This document shows positions 1 through 8,623 of a DNA stretch of 64,000 nt, one piece after another. How positions within the stretch are numbered: position 1 is the stretch's first letter; every line of letters starts with the position of its first letter. The DNA lies in the NCBI GenBank assembly GCA_965203095.1, contig OZ241877.1, positions 960,001 through 1,024,000 on the forward strand, read 5' to 3'. The position numbers and the translations under genes are program-made. The DNA is from Bdellovibrionales bacterium (GTDB taxonomy: Bacteria; Bdellovibrionota; Bdellovibrionia; Bdellovibrionales; UBA1609). The notes beneath the pieces are model-generated. The model did no database searches. It saw nothing but the letters and a program-made list of their open reading frames with translations, and was not told where the DNA came from.

Positions 1-408
1 GAGAACATTGACTGTTAAGGGCCCTAAGGAGGGGGGGCAATCTATAAAAATGCAGTCAAAGCTTTTTTCCAGTTCTTTAATGCGATTTTTTAATAAAAAC
101 TCCCAAGAATCTTTATTTAAATTTTCCGCAGTGAGGCCAGCTAAGTGAGCATCACTGGATATCAAAAAAAGATTATCCCAATCAACACTTTGAATAGCCT
201 TTTTTGCAGAAATATTGCCAGAAAGAACTTGATAAATTGTGGCCTGCTCAGGGTCTGATCCCATAGCACGAGAGGCATTGCCTTGAGGATCCATATCTAT
301 AAGCAGGGTTTTGTAATTCCTTAAGGCCAAAGCGCTGGCCAAGTTGACAGAGCTGGTGGTTTTGCCCACCCCTCCTTTTTGATTAACCAAACTGACGATT
401 TGACCCAA
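1..408 (-). CDS. parA: ParA/Soj family chromosome partitioning ATPase (5' part; runs off window start)
   Basis: Manual translation from TTG at 408 gives MGQIVSLVNQKGGVGKTTSSVNLASALA...LLIDMDPQGNAS (deviant Walker A KGGVGKT and DxDPQGN motifs). Lies downstream of mnmG-rsmG and near parS sites. Confidence 0.93.
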   Translation of the reverse strand, partial: MGQIVSLVNQKGGVGKTTSSVNLASALALRNYKTLLIDMDPQGNASRAMGSDPEQATIYQVLSGNISAKKAIQSVDWDNLFLISSDAHLAGLTAENLNKDSWEFLLKNRIKELEKSFDCIFIDCPPSLGPLTVNVL

Positions 409-429
409 AGCCTTTTCCTTATCAAAGAT

Positions 430-450
430 GACTATTCAAGTTGAATAGTC
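430..450. promoter_or_regulatory. Perfect palindrome upstream of parA (candidate operator or hairpin)
   Basis: GACTATTCAA-G-TTGAATAGTC, 10-bp perfect arms, about 20 bp upstream of the parA start. Confidence 0.45.
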
Positions 451-581
451 TTTTAAAAAAAGACTTGTGTCCATAATTTTTTATTCTGAATAGGGCTTTA
501 GTCCAGTTTTAAGCCTGTTTTATTGAGCAAAAAGCTTTTTCAACATTTCGCGGCTTGTTATAAATTCTTAAGTTATTCCCA

Positions 582-908
582 CTATTTTTTAGAGCTTTGA
601 GACTTGATTTTCTCAAGGATAGTTAAGATTTTAGCCTGTCCCGCCTCAAGATTTTCCATTCTTATCTCAAGCTTATCCATTCTTTTCTCAAGATTAGCTT
701 GTCCAGTCTCAAGCTTATTAAATCGTGAGTTAGACCAAGTAAAAACTACAGACAAAGAGATAATCATAAAAGAGGCTATAGCCATTAACAAAATTCCACC
801 TGTGAATAAGGGGACAAGTCCTTTTATTTTATCCATACTCATTCCTTTAGCCTTGCTATCATCCCTTTCTATTTGTGCCGGCGTGGCTGGGTTCAATGTT
901 TCAGACAT
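582..908 (-). CDS. Small membrane-anchored coiled-coil protein
   Basis: One TM helix followed by heptads (LEKRMDKLEIRMENLEAGQ). RBS AAGGAG before the ATG. Upstream TTGACA-N17-GATAAT. Confidence 0.7.
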   Translation of the reverse strand: MSETLNPATPAQIERDDSKAKGMSMDKIKGLVPLFTGGILLMAIASFMIISLSVVFTWSNSRFNKLETGQANLEKRMDKLEIRMENLEAGQAKILTILEKIKSQSSKK

Positions 909-942
909 ATTGCTCCTTAAGGTTTAGCTTATATCCTTATCC

Positions 943-971
943 ATTATCAGTTCATTGTCCGGAAATGTCAA
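943..971 (-). promoter_or_regulatory. sigma70-type promoter with CCGGACA spacer core
   Basis: Minus strand TTGACA-tttccggacaatgaact-GATAAT (17-nt spacer). Confidence 0.7.
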
Positions 972-1091
972 GGTTTTATTTAAAGTGCTCAAATATTATA
1001 GCCAAAATAGGCTTTTTTAGGCAAAACGGATTGGCTCTGAGGGGAGAAAAAGCAGGACCTTAAGATAAACTTAATGATCTGTTTGTTTGAG

Positions 1092-1574
1092 CTATCTCTT
1101 TTTGGCCCATATCCCTGATTGTAATTCCGAACCAAAAAAGCCAGAAGTAAAAGCTTTTTTGACCTTTACTCCGGAGCTTCCCCTTTGAGATGGTTTTTTT
1201 GAAGGTCGTCTTTTTTTAGAAAACTTTTTTTTGGAAGTCTGGGGCTTTAAAACCAGCCTCTCAATTTTTATCCCACTAATTTTTTTAGAATGAGCATTAA
1301 AAACTGGGGGTTTTAACTTTTTTTCTTTTCCCCCATTTATCAAAAACTCCTTTTGCTCCTTTAAAACTTTAATCTCAAGCCTTATCTTTTTCAAATCCTC
1401 AAAAAAAAGTAAAAACTGCTTGTCCTCCGGCTTGCAATTTTGAGAGCAATAAGTATCCCCGTGCTCTGAGATAATCTTTAAATATTTTTTCTTATGCTTT
1501 GGCCATTTGTTCATAGCCGGATTGTCTCTTATGAGAGCTTGGATTTTCTTATTGATCTGAGAAAGATCAGACAT
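1092..1574 (-). CDS. Hypothetical Lys-rich protein
   Basis: 160-aa ORF, basic C-terminus, no recognised motif. Confidence 0.5.
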   Translation of the reverse strand: MSDLSQINKKIQALIRDNPAMNKWPKHKKKYLKIISEHGDTYCSQNCKPEDKQFLLFFEDLKKIRLEIKVLKEQKEFLINGGKEKKLKPPVFNAHSKKISGIKIERLVLKPQTSKKKFSKKRRPSKKPSQRGSSGVKVKKAFTSGFFGSELQSGIWAKKR

Positions 1575-1730
1575 ACTTTATTAGAAAATCAATTTTTCAA
1601 ACTTGTCAAATATTCTCAAAAAAAAGAAGCAATAAATAAATCATCTCAATATTATTGGCTGAATTGGAAAACCTTAAGCTTTTTTTAAAAAGCTCAAAAG
1701 CCCGTTGGTAAAGGCTTTATTGTTTTGAAA

Positions 1731-1812
1731 AAGCTTAAAAAGTGTCTCATTTTGGCCTAAAACCGGGCCCTTTTAAGCAAACAGCCCGGCAGAACCGGGC
1801 TGAAAGCTATCA
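1731..1812 (-). repeat. ~80-bp hairpin-containing repeat, copy 1 (copy 2 at ~15656-15737)
   Basis: Both copies share AAAAAGTGTCTCATTTTGGCCTAAAA and the CAGCCCGG-N5-CCGGGCTG hairpin. Confidence 0.8.
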
Positions 1813-1852
1813 ATAGAAAGAACATGTTTAAGCACTGTGCTTATCGGACAAG

Positions 1853-1978
1853 CTATCTCAATGTTTTAATTTTTTTTCTCACTTCAGCTATTTGCTTATC
1901 AGCCTTTTCCTTCAATTCCTCACTTAAGCTCTTAGAAACAAAAAGCAATCTTTTAATATCTAAAAGGATCTGACTCAT
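1853..1978 (-). CDS. Possible 41-aa small protein
   Basis: Manual translation MSQILLDIKRLLFVSKSLSEELKEKADKQIAEVRKKIKTLR*; below the ORF-track cutoff. Confidence 0.3.
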   Translation of the reverse strand: MSQILLDIKRLLFVSKSLSEELKEKADKQIAEVRKKIKTLR

Positions 1979-2008
1979 TTCCTGAAAAAGAACAGGCTTT
2001 TATATCAA

Positions 2009-2024
2009 TGTTCCGCGTGGAACA
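2009..2024. promoter_or_regulatory. parS: parS centromere site 1
   Basis: TGTTCCGCGTGGAACA resembles the parS consensus TGTTNCACGTGAAACA. Arms extend to 2003-2030. Near parA and oriC. Confidence 0.85.
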
Positions 2025-2082
2025 TTGATATTGGTTAAAACTCTCTTGAAAAACAAAAAAGTTTTGCCTTTAAAAACCCAAA

Positions 2083-2098
2083 TGTTCCGCGTGGAACA
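2083..2098. promoter_or_regulatory. parS: parS centromere site 2
   Basis: Second identical TGTTCCGCGTGGAACA, 74 bp from the first. Confidence 0.85.
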
Positions 2099-2169
2099 TT
2101 TGGAACTGTGCCTCTGTTTGTTAATTCTCAATCCCTCAAAGACAGAACAAGATAGACAGAGAAAAAATC

Positions 2170-2310
2170 CTAATAACAAAAATCGCCATAATTGGAATTG
2201 GCCAAAATTAAGCAAAAAAAATCCAAAAAAATCGCCTGAAAGGCATCATGGCAGTTATTAGCAAAAGCCGGCAAGCTCATTAAAAGGATAAGGCTTAATA
2301 ATATTTTCAT
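2170..2310 (-). pseudogene. Truncated cassette: signal peptide of the pentapeptide-protein family without its body
   Basis: MKILLSLILLMSLPAFAN (as in 4221..4994) then unrelated sequence and a stop after 46 codons. Keeps the promoter and box module at 2321-2378, with a 1-bp deletion in the promoter spacer. Confidence 0.7.
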
Positions 2311-2459
2311 TGTGTTTGGCTATAGCAGGATGTCCGGGAAAATAAAGAATTAGAGGGACTTTTGTAAATTTTTCACACAAAGAGCAGAAGGCTTGCCGGT
2401 AAAGGGGTTATTGTGTGGCAAGAAAATGTCGTCTAAAAAAAGAGAGGGTTTTTAAAGGC

Positions 2460-2633
2460 TTATTTTTTTTGAGCTTGAGGGATAGACAGAACTTTATCCA
2501 GTTTATCCTCAATATGAACAAGTTTATTTTCAATTCTATCCATTCGGCCTTTTAAAGGCCAAACTGAAAGCTGAATAATCCCAAACAGAACCGTCATAAG
2601 AGCACAAACTGCTATAATAGTTTTTGAGTCCAT
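2460..2633 (-). CDS. Small membrane-anchored coiled-coil protein (similar architecture to 582..908)
   Basis: TM segment plus RMDRIENKLVHIEDKLDKV. The start must lie downstream of the TTGACA-N17-TATAAT promoter at 2650-2678, so an ATG at 2642 or 2633 rather than TTG 2678. Confidence 0.65.
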   Translation of the reverse strand: MDSKTIIAVCALMTVLFGIIQLSVWPLKGRMDRIENKLVHIEDKLDKVLSIPQAQKK

Positions 2634-2649
2634 TCCATTCATACAGTCC

Positions 2650-2678
2650 ATTATATGGACATTGGCCGGGAATGTCAA
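2650..2678 (-). promoter_or_regulatory. Perfect-consensus sigma70 promoter
   Basis: Minus strand TTGACA-ttcccggccaatgtcca-TATAAT. Confidence 0.8.
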
Positions 2679-2776
2679 GTTTTATTTCAAGTGCTCTAAT
2701 ATCAGCCAGAATAGGCTTTTTTCCCCAGCTGAGGGCTTGGATATAGATAGAGATTAGAGAGAAAATATAGAGGGGT

Positions 2777-3310
2777 TTAGGGCCTAATTGGTATTCTCAT
2801 GTCTGCCCCTTCCAAGTCTTTCTTTTTCTTATCCACCCAGTTAATCTTGTCTGTGTTCAATGCTCCGCTGTTCATAATCATGTCACGATAATGTTCGTCT
2901 ATGATAGCTCCTCTCAAGTTTGCCTCTGTCAGGATTGCTCTTCTCAAGTCTGCCCTTCTCAAGTCTGCTCCTCTCAAGTTTGCCTCTGTCAGGATTGCTC
3001 TTCTCAAGTCTGCTCCTCTCAAGTTTGCCTCTGTCAGGATTGCTCTTCTCAAGTCTGCCCCTATCAAGAATGCCCCTCTCAAGTCTGCCCTATACAAGTC
3101 TGCCCTTCCCAAGTCTGCCCTTGTTAAGTATACCCCTGTCAAGTCTGCCCTTGTTAAGTCTGCCCCTCTAAAATCTCTCCCTCTCAAATCTTTTTTCCCT
3201 TGTCTGATTTGTTCAATCAATTCTGCTTGTTTTGTGGGATCAACGGGGTCCCGGTTTTCAGAAAAAGACGGCAAGCTCATTAAAAGAATAAGGCTCAATA
3301 GTATTTTCAT
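2777..3310 (-). CDS. Secreted pentapeptide-repeat protein 1
   Basis: Signal peptide, N-cap ELIEQIRQGKKDL, A(D/N)Lxx repeats, C-cap SGALNTDKINWVD plus tail. Confidence 0.92.
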   Translation of the reverse strand: MKILLSLILLMSLPSFSENRDPVDPTKQAELIEQIRQGKKDLRGRDFRGADLTRADLTGVYLTRADLGRADLYRADLRGAFLIGADLRRAILTEANLRGADLRRAILTEANLRGADLRRADLRRAILTEANLRGAIIDEHYRDMIMNSGALNTDKINWVDKKKKDLEGADMRIPIRP

Positions 3311-3406
3311 AGAGTTTGTTTATAGCAGGATTGTCCGGGAAAACAAAGTCTTTTAAAGCCTTTTGTAAATTTTTCACACAAAGGGGGGAAAGCTCAATCC
3401 ACCCAG

Positions 3407-3892
3407 TTAATCTTGTCTGGGTTCAATTTCCATGTTTGCGTCTTTAAAGATATAGAGTATTAAGAAAAAAAGAGGATTTTTAAGTTTGCTTAGCCAGTTA
3501 ATCTTGTCTGTGTTCAAAGCTCCGCTGTTCTTAATTTTGTCACGATATTTTGAGTCTATAGATGCTTTTGTCAAGTCTGCACCAGACAAGTTTGTCTCTT
3601 TTAAGTTTGCATATATTAAGAAAGCACCAGACAAGTCTGCACCAGACAAGTCTGCACCAGACAGGTCTGCCCATACCAAGTTTGCTTTTTGCAAGTTTGC
3701 TTTTTGCAAGTTTGTCCCAGACAAGGCTACTCTGTATAATTCTGCCCCTCTCAAGTCTGCCTTGCTCAAGTCTTTTTTCCCTTGTTTTATTTGCTTAATA
3801 AGTTCTGCTTGCTTAGCCAGCTCCGCTTTGCTCAAAGCTTTTGCTTGAGCTGGAATTGAGAAACATAAAAGAATTAAAACCAGACCTTTCAT
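3407..3892 (-). CDS. Secreted pentapeptide-repeat protein 2
   Basis: Signal peptide (IPAQA), same caps, A(D/N)Lxx repeats, aberrant C-terminal extension. Confidence 0.9.
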   Translation of the reverse strand: MKGLVLILLCFSIPAQAKALSKAELAKQAELIKQIKQGKKDLSKADLRGAELYRVALSGTNLQKANLQKANLVWADLSGADLSGADLSGAFLIYANLKETNLSGADLTKASIDSKYRDKIKNSGALNTDKINWLSKLKNPLFFLILYIFKDANMEIEPRQD

Positions 3893-4098
3893 ACTTATCT
3901 TATCGGTTCATTGTCCGGGAATATAAAGGGCGGAGTCTCAAAGGAAAAGGGGGGGCATGATTATCACAATGGGGGGCAGGACGTTTTACCCCCGGAGGCT
4001 ATTTTTCACAAAAAAATCCTAAAAAAAAATCACCTGAAAAGCAATATAGACAAGGCTTATAGACGATTTTAAGCCGATTCCAGGAAAAAAATGATCTG

Positions 4099-4220
4099 CC
4101 CCCCTTAGCGATATTAACCCCACCCCCCATCGCTTGGGACTCCACCCTTGTTTTTGAGGCTTATTTGATAGCTGAGGGCTTTGGATATTGATAGAGATTA
4201 GAGAGAAAATATAGAGGGGT
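4099..4220 (-). repeat. G-rich plus pyrimidine-rich 3' module (~120 bp); also at ~7360-7486 and ~16708-16835
   Basis: Near-identical blocks CCCCCC..GATA..AACCCCACCCCC(C/G)ATCGCTTGGGACTCCACCCTTGTTTTTGAGGCTTATTTGATAGCTGAGGGC...GATAGAGATTAGAGAGAAAA on the plus strand. Confidence 0.9.
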
Positions 4221-4994
4221 TTAGGGCCTAATTGGTATTCTCATGTCTGCCCCTTCCAAGTCTTTCTTTTTCTTATCCACCCAGTTAATCAAGCCTATGT
4301 TCAATGCTCCGCTGTTCATAATCATGTCACGATAATGTTCGTCTATGATAGCTCCTCTCAAGTCTGCTCCTCTCAAGTTTGCCTCTGTCAGGATTGCTCT
4401 TCTCAAGTCTGCTCCTATCAAGTTTGCCTCTGTCAGGATTGCTCTTCTCAAGTCTGCTCCTATCAAGTTTGCCTCTGTCAGGATTGCTCTTCTCATGTCT
4501 GCCCCTATCAAGTCTGCTCCTCTCAAGTTTGCCTCTGTCAGGATTGCTCTTCTCAAGTCTGCTCCTCTCAAGTTTGCCTCTGTCAGGATTGCTCTTCTCA
4601 AGTCTGCCCCTATCAAGAATGCCCCTCTCAAGTCTGCCCTATACAAGTCTGCCCTTCCCAAGTCTGCCCTTTCTAAGTTCGCCCCTTGCAAGATCGCCCT
4701 CTCCAATTTCGCCCCTGACAATTTCGCCCTCTCCAATTTCGCCCCTGACAATTTCGCCTCTGACAAGTCTGCCTTTCTCAAGTCTGCCCCTGTCAATTTT
4801 GCCAATATCAAGTCCGCTCCCGCCAATTTCGCCTCTCTCAAGTTCGCCCTTGCCAAGTTTTTTTTCCCTTGTCTGATTTTTTTAATCAGCTCTACCTGTT
4901 TTTTATCGGGTTCTAAATCAGGCTCAAAAACATTCCGGCAGTTAGCAAAAGCCGGCAAGCTCATTAAAAGAATAAGGCTTAATAGTAGGTTCAT
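4221..4994 (-). CDS. Secreted pentapeptide-repeat protein 3 (longest; internal 45-bp tandem units)
   Basis: Signal peptide, repeats with several ADLRRAILTEANL(R/I)G units, C-terminus shared with 2777..3310. Confidence 0.92.
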   Translation of the reverse strand: MNLLLSLILLMSLPAFANCRNVFEPDLEPDKKQVELIKKIRQGKKNLARANLREAKLAGADLILAKLTGADLRKADLSEAKLSGAKLERAKLSGAKLERAILQGANLERADLGRADLYRADLRGAFLIGADLRRAILTEANLRGADLRRAILTEANLRGADLIGADMRRAILTEANLIGADLRRAILTEANLIGADLRRAILTEANLRGADLRGAIIDEHYRDMIMNSGALNIGLINWVDKKKKDLEGADMRIPIRP

Positions 4995-5131
4995 TGTGTA
5001 GGGGTATAGCAGAATTGTCCGGGAAAGTAAAGTCTATTGTAAATTTTTCACACAAAGGGCAGAGCTTGTTTTATAGCTGAGAGCTTTGGATATAGATAGA
5101 GATTAGAGAGAAAAATAGAGGGTTCTGAGGC

Positions 5132-5599
5132 TTAATCCACCCAGTTAATCTTGTCTGTGTTCAATGCTCCGCTGTCCATAATCATGTCACGATATTTTGA
5201 GTCTATATAAGCATACAATAAGTTAGCCTCTTTAAAGTCTGCCCCTGTCAAGGTTGCTTTATACAAGATTGCTCTTGTCAAGTTTGCCTTTGTCAAGTCT
5301 GCCCCCATCAACTTTGCCCCCGCAAGGTTAGCCATTTGCAGGTTTGTCTCTATCAAATTTGCCCCTATCAAAAATCCCCCTATCAAAAATCCCTCTGTTA
5401 AGTCTGCCCTTGTCAAGTTTGCAAATGTCAGGTCTGCCTTATACAAGTTTGCTTTTTGCAAGTTTGCCTCTGTTAAGTCTTTTTTCCCTTGCCTGATTTG
5501 TTCAATCAATTCTGCTTGTTTTGTGGGATCAACTGTCTCCGGGTTTTCAGAAAAAGCCGTCTGGTTCATTAAAAGGATAATGCTTAATAGTATTTTCAT
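5132..5599 (-). CDS. Secreted pentapeptide-repeat protein 4
   Basis: Signal peptide, caps, repeats. Near-identical to 17430..17897. Confidence 0.92.
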   Translation of the reverse strand: MKILLSIILLMNQTAFSENPETVDPTKQAELIEQIRQGKKDLTEANLQKANLYKADLTFANLTRADLTEGFLIGGFLIGANLIETNLQMANLAGAKLMGADLTKANLTRAILYKATLTGADFKEANLLYAYIDSKYRDMIMDSGALNTDKINWVD

Positions 5600-5606
5600 T
5601 GGTTGT

Positions 5607-5667
5607 CTTATAGCAGGATTGTCCGGGAAAGTAAAGAATTAGAGAGTCTTTTGTAAATTTTTCACAA
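5607..5667 (-). promoter_or_regulatory. Representative array promoter module: palindromic box plus TTTACT-N17-TATAAG with leaderless start
   Basis: Minus strand TTGTGAAAAATTTACAA...TTTACT-ttcccggacaatcctgc-TATAAG-7 nt-ATG. Related copies at about 2321, 3320, 5005, 6850, 7912, 10106, 13188, 17358 and 17906. Confidence 0.8.
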
Positions 5668-5680
5668 AAAGGGCAAAAGC

Positions 5681-6226
5681 TTAATCCACCCAGTTAATCT
5701 TGTCTGTGTTCAATGCTCCCTTCCATTTCAGTTTTTGGGGTTTTATCTTTGAGCTTATGTAAGCCCCTGCCAAGTTTGCTCCCTTTAATTTTGTATGTTT
5801 CAAGTTTATGATATGCATTCTTGCCCCTTGCAAGTTTGCCCCTTGTAAGTCTGCTCCCCTCAATCTTGCTCGTATTAAAATTGCATTTTGCAAGTTTGCC
5901 CATCTCAAGTCTGCTCCGTGCATTTTGGCTCTAAATAAGTTTGCCTCTTGCAAGTTCGCTGACTGCATTTGTGCCCCCCTTAAGTCTGCTGACTGCATTT
6001 GTGCCCCCCTTAAGTCTGCTCCCTGTAAAGACTCCCTTATCAAGTTCGCTTCTCTCAAGTCTGCCTCTCTTAAGTTTTTTTTCCCTTGTCTAATTTGTTT
6101 TATCAGCTTGGCTTGGGCTTCAGGATTGATTAAATCACTTCCTTTCAAGGTGTGGTTTTTAAGTTGCCCCTTGCCAGCCTGAGCTGGGATTGCAAAAAAT
6201 AAAAGGATTAAAATAATTTGTTTCAT
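5681..6226 (-). CDS. Secreted pentapeptide-repeat protein 5
   Basis: RBS AGGAGG, signal peptide (IPAQA), repeats, GALNTDKINWVD end. Confidence 0.92.
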   Translation of the reverse strand: MKQIILILLFFAIPAQAGKGQLKNHTLKGSDLINPEAQAKLIKQIRQGKKNLREADLREANLIRESLQGADLRGAQMQSADLRGAQMQSANLQEANLFRAKMHGADLRWANLQNAILIRARLRGADLQGANLQGARMHIINLKHTKLKGANLAGAYISSKIKPQKLKWKGALNTDKINWVD

Positions 6227-6254
6227 AGTCCCTCCTTTTAGGGTTGTTTCCTGT

Positions 6255-6345
6255 TTATCTTATCGGTTGTTTGTCCGGATCTCTTAGTCCTGTTTTCTCA
6301 AAACTGGACTTCAGTTCCTTCAATTCTTTTGAGAGGCTGTCTATT
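6255..6345 (-). pseudogene. Remnant of the 3' end of a fibre-gene paralogue carrying a sigma28-type promoter
   Basis: Highly similar to 18535-18625 (end of the 943-aa fibre gene), including CTTAGTCCTGTTTTCTCAAAACTGGACTTCAGTT. Confidence 0.8.
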
Positions 6346-6437
6346 GTAAAATTTTCACACAAGGGGCTGAGCTTGTTTTATAGCTGAGGCTTTTGATATA
6401 GATAAAGATTAGAGAGAAAAATAGAGGGTTCTGAGGC

Positions 6438-6842
6438 TTAATCCATCCAACATGTAATATATTCTGTTTCATAAAAACCGCCATAATCATTCCAGTCTGT
6501 TTGTGTGTATTTGTGCCTTGTTTTTACTTTTGGCAGGTCAATCTCTATCTCTTCCGGGGGGCACAGACGACCATCTGACAACTTTTTTTGAACATGCCCC
6601 TCAAAACTCACAGAACACCCGTCATAATAGTCAGGATCTAAAACCATCCCCCCAGCTTGGGCTATAACTGTGCTCCCACTTACAAGTTCACAAGTGTCGT
6701 CTTGACCTGAATGATCAGAATATATCTTAAATTGTTCCCCAATTTTTATCCTCTTAACATTGGAAATCCAATCAGGATCGGACCAAAAGAAAGCTCCAGC
6801 GGTAAAAGAATAAAGGGAAAAGATAAATAATAATGCTTTCAT
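6438..6842 (-). CDS. Secreted Cys-containing protein, family B copy 1
   Basis: Signal peptide MKALLFIFSLYSFTAGA, four Cys. Paralogue of 9691..10098. Confidence 0.8.
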   Translation of the reverse strand: MKALLFIFSLYSFTAGAFFWSDPDWISNVKRIKIGEQFKIYSDHSGQDDTCELVSGSTVIAQAGGMVLDPDYYDGCSVSFEGHVQKKLSDGRLCPPEEIEIDLPKVKTRHKYTQTDWNDYGGFYETEYITCWMD

Positions 6843-6911
6843 TGTTCTCTTATAGCAGGATTGTCCGGAAAAATAAAGTCTGTTGTAAATTTTTCACACT
6901 AAAGGGCTGTT

Positions 6912-7268
6912 TTACCTTTGTCCTGTGCTCCCCCTTTGAGAAGTGCCTGAGCAGGATTGGGCTTGTCTATCTGCTGTTTTGTCTATTGTTTTGATTGCGT
7001 TGTCTAATCTGTCTGATATTGAGTCAATCGTAATGATTGCTTTGTCCAATCTGTCTGATATTGAGTTTATTGTTTTGCGATTGTGATCCACTGCTGGGGC
7101 TATTTCACTTAAGGTTTTACGATTGCTTTTTACATTGTCTATAATCTCATTTTGTTTCTCTTTTAGGCTATCTAATTTTGTTTTAACAGTATAGTCGGGT
7201 CTACCGTGATCATGCCCCATTGAATGAGCACTGAATGTTATGAAAAAAGAAAGCAATAAGTAGATCAT
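6912..7268 (-). CDS. Secreted small coiled-coil protein, family C copy 1
   Basis: Signal peptide MIYLLLSFFITFSAHS, internal tandem IDSISDRLD repeats, GSTGQR end. Upstream CCGATAAG promoter. Confidence 0.8.
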   Translation of the reverse strand: MIYLLLSFFITFSAHSMGHDHGRPDYTVKTKLDSLKEKQNEIIDNVKSNRKTLSEIAPAVDHNRKTINSISDRLDKAIITIDSISDRLDNAIKTIDKTADRQAQSCSGTSQRGSTGQR

Positions 7269-7486
7269 CTCAATAAGCTTATCGGACGATATTGAGAAAA
7301 CTTAAGAAAAAACAAGCTTTTTTAGTCAAAAACGGCTATTTTCAGGAAAAAATGTCGTGCCCCCCATTGTGATATTAACCCCACCCCCGATCGCTTGGGA
7401 CTCCACCCTTGTTTTTGAGGCTTATTTGATAGCTGAGGGCTTTGATATTGATAGAGATTAGAGAGAAAAATAGAGGGGTCTGAGGC

Positions 7487-7900
7487 TTAATCCATCCAGT
7501 TAATCTTGTCTGTGTTCAATGCTCCGCTGCGCATAATCATGTCACGATATTTATAGGTTAAGCTCATAAAAGCCTCTGTCAAATCTGCCCTATACAGGGT
7601 TGCCCCCTCCAAGCCTGCCCATCTCAAGTCCGCCGTTTGTAAGTCTGCCCTATACAAGCTTGCTCCCTCCAGTTCTGCCTTTCTTAAGTCTGCCCATCTC
7701 AAGTCTGTCTTTGATAAGTCCGCCCCTTTCAAGTTCGCCCCTCTCAAGTCTGCCCATCTCAAGTCTGCCCATCTCAAGTCTTTTTCCCCTTGTCTGATTT
7801 GGTTAATCAATTCTGCTTGTTTTGTGTGATCAACTGGCTCCGTGTTTTCAGAAAAAGCCGGCAAGCTCATTAAAAGGATAAGGCTAAATAGTATTTTCAT
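7487..7900 (-). CDS. Secreted pentapeptide-repeat protein 6
   Basis: Signal peptide, ADLRW-type repeats, SGALNTDKINWMD end. Confidence 0.92.
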   Translation of the reverse strand: MKILFSLILLMSLPAFSENTEPVDHTKQAELINQIRQGEKDLRWADLRWADLRGANLKGADLSKTDLRWADLRKAELEGASLYRADLQTADLRWAGLEGATLYRADLTEAFMSLTYKYRDMIMRSGALNTDKINWMD

Positions 7901-8045
7901 TGTGTTTTGGATATAGCAGGATTGTCCGGGAAAGTAAAGAATTAGAGAGTCTTTTGTAAATTTTTCACAAAAAGAGCTTATTTGATAGCTGAGGCTTTGG
8001 TATAGATAGAGATTAGAGAGAAAAATAGCTATGCTCTGGCGGTTT

Positions 8046-8402
8046 TTACCTTTGGCCTGTGCTTCCCTTCTTTTCTTTAAGAAGGCGGGGCCGGAGCGGT
8101 TTAGGATTAGAAGTGCCAGAGCTTAAAGGAATACCAGAGCAAGACTCCTTTGTTGCATGAATGGTTTTTTGATTATTGCTAACAACAGTCAATATCTCAT
8201 TTAATAATCTTTTATTAGCATTAACACTATCCATAATCTGGTTATGTTTATTAGCTAACTGCACTATTGCCACACTTTGGCTGGCTGATTGTTGTATTAG
8301 GGCTTTATTTAATTTGTTTTGGTTATGTCCATGCCCTCTTTGACTATGCCCCCTTGAATGAGCACTGAAGGTTATGAAAAAAGAAAGCACTAAGTAAATC
8401 AT
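8046..8402 (-). CDS. Secreted small coiled-coil protein, family C copy 2
   Basis: Differs by only a few residues from 10437..10793 and 13519..13875. Confidence 0.8.
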   Translation of the reverse strand: MIYLVLSFFITFSAHSRGHSQRGHGHNQNKLNKALIQQSASQSVAIVQLANKHNQIMDSVNANKRLLNEILTVVSNNQKTIHATKESCSGIPLSSGTSNPKPLRPRLLKEKKGSTGQR

Positions 8403-8436
8403 CTCAATAAGCTTATCGGACGATATTGAGAAAACT

Positions 8437-8622
8437 CCAGAAGGCCCACAGTATGCCTATTTTGAGAGATTTTGTTTTGTGAAAAATCTGAGTAAATTTT
8501 GCTCAAAAAATCGGGGGAAAATTGCCTAAAAATAATATGTCAAAAAACAGCTATTCTAATGCAAACTGTGGCATTTTAATAAGCCACCAGAAGGCCCACA
8601 GTATGCCTATTTTGAGAGATTT
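8437..8622 (+). repeat. ~36-bp direct repeat pair
   Basis: CCAGAAGGCCCACAGTATGCCTATTTTGAGAGATTTT at about 8437 and 8587. Confidence 0.8.
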
Positions 8623-8623
8623 T

